A DNA stretch of 64,000 bases. Source: Clostridia bacterium. Its GTDB lineage: Bacteria; Bacillota; Clostridia; Oscillospirales; CAG-272. Positions 39,137 through 45,077 of this stretch are shown piece after piece. The stretch lies in contig JAFUMW010000018.1 of NCBI GenBank assembly GCA_017482465.1, positions 663-64,662 on the forward strand, given 5' to 3'. A model generated the notes under the pieces. The model saw only the letters and a program-made list of their open reading frames with translations, did no database searches and was not told the DNA's origin. Positions within the stretch are counted from its first letter, which is position 1. Each line of letters starts with the position of its first letter. Both the position numbers and the translations under genes were made by a program.

Positions 39137-39250
39137 TCAGTTTTCCTCAAATTCAGGACATGCAATGTTTTCGGGACGTACATGCTCATCCTTTATCTCG
39201 CAGTAGTTTTCCCTTGAGCAATGTTTGCAATCAGCACACGTTTCTTTCAT
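39137..39250 (-). CDS. 37-aa Cys-rich micro-protein; not in the ORF track
   Basis: My translation: MKETCADCKHCSRENYCEIKDEHVRPENIACPEFEEN*. GGAGG lies 8 nt upstream. Its ATG overlaps the upstream gene's TGA (ATGA at 39247-39250). Confidence 0.5.
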   Translation of the reverse strand: MKETCADCKHCSRENYCEIKDEHVRPENIACPEFEEN

Positions 39251-40329
39251 TTTATTTCCTCCTGTTTTGTTAATTGTTCTACTTTTTCTTTGAGCAAATT
39301 GGAATTCTCATAACACAAATCGGTTGAAAGAATTTTACACGCAACTAGTACAGCAATAGCGTCGCGATATTTGGGTGAATTATAATTGTTTTCTTCTAAT
39401 ATTGTTGGAACAAGTTTTGTGTAAAAGTCGATTTGTTCTTTATCAAGTCTTTTTAATTCATCACTGGAGTTATAAATTGCTTTGTCAAAATTAGATGCTG
39501 CTGAATATATGTTTTGTAAAGCTTGAAGCTTTTCTTTGTCTGGATAATCTTCGCTGTTTATGTAATCGATTTGTTTATTGCTTTTGTTGATAAATTCCGT
39601 TAGTTTTTCGAAGTTTTCTAAAGTTGGAATACGGAAAAACATTTCGTGTTCTACTAATATATCAAAACAAATTGAATACATGGTCAAAGAAGATTTTACA
39701 GCGTCAGTTTTTAACATGTCCATGTACTTTTTGTATGTGTCAGAAGCTTGTTTAATAAGGGTTTCATTTTGTCTATTATGATTTTGATGTGTTAAAGTTT
39801 CGGGAGGAGACACACTGAATTCTATTTCTGTAGATTCACAACCAAATGTTTCAGGTACTTTTTGCCCCTTAGCTACTTCAACTGATATGCTGCTACCATA
39901 TTGAAACGAACGTATCCATGGTATGCTTGCAAGTGCTTGATTTATAGCAAAAGTTAAAGCCTTTATTTGCATATGAGATAACGGGTTTAATCCTAATTGA
40001 AGAAAATTCACAATTAATTCTTCATGACCTTTATCGCCATCGGGGCTTGAGAAACGTTTTTCGAGAACCGAAACTGATGTAGAGGTCAATTCAATGTAAA
40101 ACGGGCGCCCGATTCTTAAAAACCGAATCCAAATCCCATCCATTTTCATTATGCTCTTTACGATACCTTCAACGAGTGCAACGTTTTTATAATCGGAGTA
40201 AAAGCCTTTTAGATAGTTTTGAAAATCTTCTGATTCTTTTTCCGCGTTCGCTTTGTCTTTTTTCTTGACAAAATGATAAATTATTATTCCTACTATTATG
40301 ATTAAAATTAAATTTCCCATATCAAACAT
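39247..40329 (-). CDS. Hypothetical membrane-anchored protein (360 aa, N-terminal TM helix, no recognisable domain)
   Basis: Long ORF in AT-rich DNA. N-terminus MFDMGNLILIIIVGIIIYHFVKKKDK (TM plus positive-inside). The remainder is predicted soluble, with a helical C-terminal half. First gene of the island operon. Confidence 0.6.
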   Translation of the reverse strand: MFDMGNLILIIIVGIIIYHFVKKKDKANAEKESEDFQNYLKGFYSDYKNVALVEGIVKSIMKMDGIWIRFLRIGRPFYIELTSTSVSVLEKRFSSPDGDKGHEELIVNFLQLGLNPLSHMQIKALTFAINQALASIPWIRSFQYGSSISVEVAKGQKVPETFGCESTEIEFSVSPPETLTHQNHNRQNETLIKQASDTYKKYMDMLKTDAVKSSLTMYSICFDILVEHEMFFRIPTLENFEKLTEFINKSNKQIDYINSEDYPDKEKLQALQNIYSAASNFDKAIYNSSDELKRLDKEQIDFYTKLVPTILEENNYNSPKYRDAIAVLVACKILSTDLCYENSNLLKEKVEQLTKQEEIK

Positions 40330-40345
40330 ACGATATCAAACATAC
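40318..40345. repeat. Tandem 14-bp duplication across the start of the 360-aa ORF
   Basis: ATATCAAACATAC occurs at 40319-40331 and again at 40333-40345 (period 14). On the coding strand this is GTATGTTTGATAT x2, so the ATG-TTT-GAT start context is duplicated. Confidence 0.8.
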
Positions 40346-40389
40346 CGAATTTGTTCCTTTCTTGTTATATTGGGTGTGGTTGCCAGATT

Positions 40390-40408
40390 ATGTAACAAAT
40401 CGTTACAT
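40390..40408. promoter_or_regulatory. Palindromic operator O1 in the divergent control region
   Basis: ATGTAAC-AAATC-GTTACAT, a perfect 7-5-7 inverted repeat. Confidence 0.6.
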
Positions 40409-40412
40409 AATT

Positions 40413-40433
40413 ATTGTAACACAATGTTACAAT
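40413..40433. promoter_or_regulatory. Palindromic operator O2 in the divergent control region
   Basis: ATTGTAAC-ACAAT-GTTACAAT, a perfect 8-5-8 inverted repeat sharing the TGTAAC-N5-GTTACA core with O1. The centres are 24 bp apart. TACAAT-like -10 hexamers are embedded on both strands. Confidence 0.6.
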
Positions 40434-40465
40434 AATGTCAAGATATTTTTTGGAGATTTTGGTTT

Positions 40466-40684
40466 ATGAAAATGGAAGGCTTGAAAAGAATACGTAAGGC
40501 AAAAGGCTACAATCAACTCAAGGTAGCGTTTGCCTTGAATATAAGCCGTGAAGCATTGTCGTATTATGAAAACGGCAAACGTAGCCCGGATATAGATATG
40601 CTTTTGAAAATGTCCGAGTATTTTGATGTGTCTATACATTATTTGGTCACGGGAAAAGAATTCGAATCCAAATACAAAAATTAA
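40466..40684 (+). CDS. XRE/Cro-CI-family helix-turn-helix transcriptional regulator
   Basis: 72 aa. LKRIRKAKGYNQLKVAFALNISREALSYYENGKRSPDIDMLLKMSEYFDVSIHYLV is a textbook HTH_3 domain. GGAG RBS at 40448-40451. Confidence 0.85.
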   Translation: MKMEGLKRIRKAKGYNQLKVAFALNISREALSYYENGKRSPDIDMLLKMSEYFDVSIHYLVTGKEFESKYKN

Positions 40685-40718
40685 AACAGGACTGTTCCGT
40701 TTTGGAAACAGTCCTGTT
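40685..40718. terminator. Bidirectional intrinsic terminator at the right edge of the island
   Basis: AACAGGACTGTTCC ... GGAAACAGTCCTGTT stem (one bulge). T-rich tails on both strands (minus TTTTAATTTTT, plus GTATTATTTCTT). Sits between the XRE gene (+) and metI (-). Confidence 0.75.
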
Positions 40719-40721
40719 GTA

Positions 40722-41426
40722 TTATTTCTTAAGTCTTTTATCCGACTTTGCCGCAAGGCGTGTGCCGATGCTCTGGAATATCTGCACCATTACAATAAGC
40801 AATATCACCGCTATCAGCATAACAAGGTACTTGTATCTGTAATAGCCGTAGTTTATCGCTATCTTACCAAGTCCGCCGCCGCCGATGATTCCGCTCATCG
40901 CGCTGTAACCGAGTATCGTTATCACCGCTGTTGTTGCGTTTGTTATAAGCGAGGGCACGCTTTCGGGTATCATCACCTTCGTGATTATTTGAAAGGGTGT
41001 CGCGCCCATGCTTTGTGCCGCTTCGATTATGTTTGGGCTGACTTCGCGTAAGCTTGATTCAACAAGTCTCGCCACAAATGGGAACGCCGCTATTACAAGC
41101 GGGACTATCGACGCTACCGTGCCGACTGCAGTTCCCACGATCAGGCGTGTGAGAGGGAAAACAAGTATCATAAGTATCAAAAACGGTACCGAACGCAGAA
41201 GATTTATTACCACGTTAAGTATCTGCATCAACCATGTGGGCAGAGGCAGAACACCGTTTTTCTCTCCGGCGACCAGAAGTACACCGAGCGGAAGTCCGAG
41301 AACTATCGCAAATGCCGTGGACAGAACGGTCACGTAAAGAGTTTCCCACACTGCGGTAGGAAATTCGGAAACAAGTATCGCCAATGCTTCTTGGAATGCC
41401 TCATAAGAAAACACCTTATCAAACAT
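40722..41426 (-). CDS. metI: Methionine ABC transporter permease
   Basis: 234 aa, five TM segments, MetI-type EAA-loop region (EAAQSMGATPFQII). Operon with metN and metQ. Confidence 0.88.
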   Translation of the reverse strand: MFDKVFSYEAFQEALAILVSEFPTAVWETLYVTVLSTAFAIVLGLPLGVLLVAGEKNGVLPLPTWLMQILNVVINLLRSVPFLILMILVFPLTRLIVGTAVGTVASIVPLVIAAFPFVARLVESSLREVSPNIIEAAQSMGATPFQIITKVMIPESVPSLITNATTAVITILGYSAMSGIIGGGGLGKIAINYGYYRYKYLVMLIAVILLIVMVQIFQSIGTRLAAKSDKRLKK

Positions 41427-42423
41427 TTGCGCTCACCTCCTCGACGTGAATATCTGCAGTTTGCTCGAGATATTCTTTGACACGCTTCGCGCTATCGGTA
41501 TCCGGAACGCCGAGCAACATATTTCCGTACGCTTTGTCTCCGATGCTCTTCGTAGACGCGGAAAGAATATTCGCGCAAATGCCGGTGTCTACAGCCATTT
41601 TTGTTATTATGGGAGCGTTTGTGGCGGGTGCGCCGTTGAATACCACTCTGAGCTTCTTTTCATCTGTATCGGCAATACTTTCGCCAATACCGTCGGGGAA
41701 AACGAGCTTTTTTGCCGCGTTTGACTGCGGCTTGGAGAATACGGCTGAAACAGTGCCCTCTTCAACGACCGAGCCGCCGTCAAGTATGGCAACGCGGTTG
41801 CATATCTCCTCCACAACACTCATCTGGTGAGTGATGATTATCACGGTGATACCCAGACGCTCGTTTATCTCTCGGATAAGCGAAAGAATGGAGTGTGTCG
41901 TATTCGGGTCGAGCGCGCTTGTCGCCTCGTCGCAAAGCAGTATCTCAGGGTCTGTCGCAAGCGCACGCGCGATCGCTATACGCTGTTGCTGACCGCCCGA
42001 AAGCTGTGCCGGATAGGCGTTTGCTTTATCGGGAAGTCCGACTATCTCAAGAAGCTCAAGAGCACGCTCGCGTGCCGCTTTTTTGTCGACACCCGCAAGC
42101 TCAAGCGGAAAGCATATATTTTTAAGACAGGTCCTCTGCATCAGCAGATTGAAGCCCTGGAATATCATCGTTACCTTGCGGCGTACACTTATAAGCTCTT
42201 TTTCGGAAAGCGAGCCGATGTCAACGCCGTCGATGAGAACATTGCCCTCGCTCGGCCGCTCAAGCATATTTATGCATCTCACGAGCGTGCTTTTACCTGC
42301 GCCGCTCATACCGATAATGCCGTATATATCTCCGTTGTTTATTGTAAGCGAGACGTCCTTGAGTGCGTGTACCGTACCCCCGGAAACCGCAAACGATTTT
42401 GATAGGTTCTGTATTTCGATCAT
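41419..42423 (-). CDS. metN: Methionine ABC transporter ATP-binding protein
   Basis: Walker A GMSGAGKST, signature LSGGQQQRIAIARAL, Walker B ILLCDEATSALD, C-terminal NIL domain. ATG 42423 with GGAG 6 nt upstream is preferred over the TTG at 42444. Confidence 0.92.
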   Translation of the reverse strand: MIEIQNLSKSFAVSGGTVHALKDVSLTINNGDIYGIIGMSGAGKSTLVRCINMLERPSEGNVLIDGVDIGSLSEKELISVRRKVTMIFQGFNLLMQRTCLKNICFPLELAGVDKKAARERALELLEIVGLPDKANAYPAQLSGGQQQRIAIARALATDPEILLCDEATSALDPNTTHSILSLIREINERLGITVIIITHQMSVVEEICNRVAILDGGSVVEEGTVSAVFSKPQSNAAKKLVFPDGIGESIADTDEKKLRVVFNGAPATNAPIITKMAVDTGICANILSASTKSIGDKAYGNMLLGVPDTDSAKRVKEYLEQTADIHVEEVSANV

Positions 42424-42510
42424 TGTTATCTCCGCGCCGTTCAAAGCGGCCTTTCGGTAAAGTCGGTTACCGCAGAGGGATTCTCTGCGGTAACATTTTT
42501 GTTTACTTGA

Positions 42511-43362
42511 TTATTTAAGTGCGTCAAGGGTTGTCTGCTTGCCGCCGTAGAGACCGAGGGGTTCAACGTGGATAGCAGCCGCGGAAACAATGTGAGTTCC
42601 GTTTTCTGCATTGAAGTCGTCAAGGTAGGGTGTGTGCTGGAAGTAGTTAGCGTCGATCTCGCCGCTTTCAACAACGTTGTTGGGCTGTACATAGTCGGTA
42701 AACTCAATGATATCAAGTGTGATATTCTTTTCGGCAAGGATACCCTTTGCGACAGCAAGGATCTCTGCGTGAGGAGCGGGAGAAGCCGCAACCGATATTG
42801 TTTCGCCGTCAAGCGCCGCGTAGTCAACGTCTGCCGCGTATCCGTCGCCGGGCTCTTCAACAACGCTTACAACGGCGCCTGCATATGTTTCGGTGATATA
42901 ATCTGCAACAGCCTTGCTTTCAAGAGCTGCTACGAGTGCCTTGATCTTGTCTGTGTTCTCATTTCCTTCCTTAACAGCTACGATGTTGCTGTAAGCGGAG
43001 GAGGAGCCTTCCATTTCAAGAGCGTCTTCAATGGGGTTCATTTCAGCGGCGATCGCATAGTTGGAGTTGATTATAGCATAGTCAACATCCTGAAGGATGT
43101 TGGGAAGCTGAGCCGCTTCGACTTCCTTGAATTCAATGTTCTTGGGATTGTTTTCGATGTCGAGGATAGTAGCCGTGATGCCTGCGTCTTCTTTAAGAGT
43201 GATATAGCCGAGAGATTCGAGAAGAAGAAGAGCGCGGGCTTCGTTTGTGGTATCGTTGGGAACAGCAATAGTAAGTGCGCTGTCATTTGAGCAAGAGGAA
43301 AGTGCAAAAGCGGATGTAAGTAAAAGAATTGTTGCGAGAATAAAAGATAATGCCTTTTTCAT
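42511..43362 (-). CDS. metQ: MetQ/NlpA-family methionine-binding lipoprotein
   Basis: Lipobox LSSC after MKKALSFILATILLLTSAFA. NlpA-family body (..DANYFQHTPYL..). Confidence 0.88.
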   Translation of the reverse strand: MKKALSFILATILLLTSAFALSSCSNDSALTIAVPNDTTNEARALLLLESLGYITLKEDAGITATILDIENNPKNIEFKEVEAAQLPNILQDVDYAIINSNYAIAAEMNPIEDALEMEGSSSAYSNIVAVKEGNENTDKIKALVAALESKAVADYITETYAGAVVSVVEEPGDGYAADVDYAALDGETISVAASPAPHAEILAVAKGILAEKNITLDIIEFTDYVQPNNVVESGEIDANYFQHTPYLDDFNAENGTHIVSAAAIHVEPLGLYGGKQTTLDALK

Positions 43363-43437
43363 GATTGTTTCTCCTTTAATATATGAAAATTAATTAGGGA
43401 ACGATTTTGAGTCGGAGCTGCAGCGTACGCAAAAGCG

Positions 43438-43474
43438 AAATCAAATAAGGGAAGCCTCCGATGAAGCTTCCCCC
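43438..43474 (-). terminator. Intrinsic terminator/attenuator in the metQNI leader
   Basis: On the minus strand, GGGAAGC-ttcatcggag-GCTTCCC is followed by TTATTTGATTT. It lies about 25 nt after the leader-ORF stop and about 75 nt before the metQ ATG. Confidence 0.55.
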
Positions 43475-43496
43475 GAAATTTCGTTATCGTACAGTT

Positions 43497-43610
43497 TTAT
43501 TCTGCGCGATCTGTGACAGAAAGCATACCGGAATTATCAGCATAGAAAAACTTGCACATGCTGCACATGTACATTTCTGTCATATTCATCATAGTCTGCT
43601 GCTTCTTCAT
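43497..43610 (-). CDS. Putative Met-rich leader peptide (37 aa) of the metQNI operon
   Basis: AAAGGAG is 8 nt before ATG 43610. The peptide is MKKQQTMMNMTEMYMCSMCKFFYADNSGMLSVTDRAE*, with 8 Met and 2 Cys, and 6 of residues 7-18 are Met. This is the internal part of track ORF 43497..43730. Confidence 0.45.
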   Translation of the reverse strand: MKKQQTMMNMTEMYMCSMCKFFYADNSGMLSVTDRAE

Positions 43611-43668
43611 GATGCTTTCTCCTTTCGCCAAAACTGCTTTTGTGCACGGAGTATCTCCGCTTGCCGAC

Positions 43669-43697
43669 ATTATATCACGTAAAAACGCATATGTCAA
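43669..43697 (-). promoter_or_regulatory. Consensus sigma-A promoter of the met leader/metQNI operon
   Basis: On the minus strand, TTGACA (43692-43697), 17-nt spacer, TGaTATAAT (TATAAT at 43669-43674). Both hexamers match consensus perfectly and there is an extended -10. Confidence 0.65.
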
Positions 43698-43716
43698 TAG
43701 GTGAAAGAAAAAATTT

Positions 43717-44175
43717 TTATTCAACTTCAAGATCGGGTATGACAGAGGAATTGCTCTTTACCGATTTGAGTACAAAATGAGTTCTTGTAGACTGTACGCC
43801 CGACACGCTCTTGATCTTTCTGTGAAGCTTTTCAAGGCTGTCTGACGAGTCTGTGAAGATTTTGAGCATAAAGTCATATTCGCCGGTGAGATAATAGCAG
43901 GACTGTATGCTTTCGGTCTCTCTTACCATTTCAGCGAAAACATCGTAGAATTTGGGGTGCTCAAGGCTTACCTCCATAAGTGCGATGAGATCGTTGCCGA
44001 GCTGTTTCTGGTTGAGAGTGATGGTGTATCTTTCGATCGTATTGTTCGCTTCAAGCTTTTTTATGCGTTCGATAACAGCTGAGACAGACAAATTGATCTT
44101 TTTGCTTATATCAGAGGCTTTCATTCGCGCGTTGTCTTTGAGACAGGAGAGTATTTCGAGATCGATTTTATCCAT
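43717..44175 (-). CDS. Lrp/AsnC-family transcriptional regulator
   Basis: 152 aa. N-terminal HTH (LDKIDLEILSCLKDNARMKASDISKKINLSVSAVIERIKKLE) and a C-terminal RAM/AsnC ligand-binding domain. Confidence 0.85.
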   Translation of the reverse strand: MDKIDLEILSCLKDNARMKASDISKKINLSVSAVIERIKKLEANNTIERYTITLNQKQLGNDLIALMEVSLEHPKFYDVFAEMVRETESIQSCYYLTGEYDFMLKIFTDSSDSLEKLHRKIKSVSGVQSTRTHFVLKSVKSNSSVIPDLEVE

Positions 44176-44344
44176 GATGTTGCTCCTTTTGCGGTATTCG
44201 CCGTATTAATTTTATTATCATTTCCATTATACCAAAATAATTTCGGCATGTCAAGGCTAATCGCGTGAAATTGTTGAAAAGTGACGTATTTTGTCGTTAA
44301 AATGTCAAAAAATCATAAAAAAGCGAAAATATTTTCCAAATCTA

Positions 44345-44373
44345 TTGCACAAACGTGTACTTTTGTGTATAAT
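44345..44373 (+). promoter_or_regulatory. Putative sigma-A promoter for the phosphoribosyltransferase gene
   Basis: TTGCAC (44345-44350), 17-nt spacer, TGtgTATAAT region (TATAAT at 44368-44373). Confidence 0.55.
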
Positions 44374-44415
44374 TCAATAGGATACAATTATTTTTTACAT
44401 AATGAGGTATTTATC

Positions 44416-44976
44416 ATGAAAGAATACTATCGCATAAACGTGGCGGGCGTTGAACGAGATCTCAAGCTGTTTCCTGTAAGCGACACGCTTTCGATAGCCG
44501 CATTTATTTTGTTCGGAGACGTTGAGCTTACCTGCGCCAGCGCAAGCGCGCTTGCTAAGATCGCTCCCGAGCATGATATCCTTGTGACCGCCGAGGCAAA
44601 GAGCATCCCGCTTATCCATGAGATGGCAAGGCAGCTTGGCGAGAACGAATACGTTGTCGCGAGAAAGGGCCCCAAGGTCTATATGGAAGATATCGTCACT
44701 GTGACGGTAAATTCGATCACTACCAAAAACGAACAGACTCTTTGCGTAGGTAAAAGAGAGGCTGATCTTATGCGCGGCAAGCGTGTGCTTATCATTGACG
44801 ATGTAATAAGCACGGGTGAATCGCTTAAAGCGTTAGAAGAACTCGTTATAGCTACAGGCGGTCATATAGTAGGCAGAATGGCGGTGCTTGCCGAAGGCGA
44901 AGCAAGCAAACGCGAGGATATAACCGTGCTTGCCCCCCTTCCCCTGTTCGACTCAGACGGAGAGCCGCTCAACTGA
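44416..44976 (+). CDS. Phosphoribosyltransferase-family protein (adenine/purine PRT-like)
   Basis: PRPP-binding motif VLIIDDVISTGES. Start at ATG 44416 (TGAGGT RBS). The track ORF's 45 extra N-terminal residues cover the promoter. Confidence 0.7.
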   Translation: MKEYYRINVAGVERDLKLFPVSDTLSIAAFILFGDVELTCASASALAKIAPEHDILVTAEAKSIPLIHEMARQLGENEYVVARKGPKVYMEDIVTVTVNSITTKNEQTLCVGKREADLMRGKRVLIIDDVISTGESLKALEELVIATGGHIVGRMAVLAEGEASKREDITVLAPLPLFDSDGEPLN

Positions 44977-45077
44977 TATTTTGATAAACATAACAAAACC
45001 GGTCTTTTTCACGCTTGGAAAAGACCGGTCGTTTACGTCAAAAATTTTTTGCTTTGTAAGAAGGACCGGTCACAAAA

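Noticed and set aside
38758-39250. Interpreting the three small Cys-rich ORFs as RiPP precursors (lanthipeptide, sactipeptide or SCIFF-like), with the JAB protein as leader peptidase
   Set aside because: No radical-SAM, LanM/LanBC, YcaO or ABC-exporter genes are in or near the island. The CxxCxGxG protein looks like a folded zinc-finger domain rather than a leader-core peptide. This is kept only as a remote alternative.
38335-40720. The island as a prophage remnant or integrative element
   Set aside because: The XRE/divergent-operon layout resembles a phage immunity switch. However, there is no integrase, recombinase, terminase or structural gene, and no tRNA or clear att-like direct repeats at the junctions. 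The nearest similarity, TTGTTATTCTT versus TTGTATTATTTCTT, is imperfect.
40427-40756. 109-aa minus-strand ORF overlapping the XRE gene, and a 142-aa plus-strand ORF at 40623..41051
   Set aside because: The first is antisense to a textbook HTH gene and crosses the bidirectional terminator. The second is antisense to metI. Both are shadow ORFs.
43363-43665. An expected SAM-I (S-box) riboswitch or Met T-box upstream of metQ
   Set aside because: I looked on the minus strand for the S-box core (…CTTATCAAGAG…GGCAACC…) and for a T-box (…GGTGGTACCGCG-like) sequence and found neither. By-eye negative evidence is weak, so a covariance-model scan is still needed.
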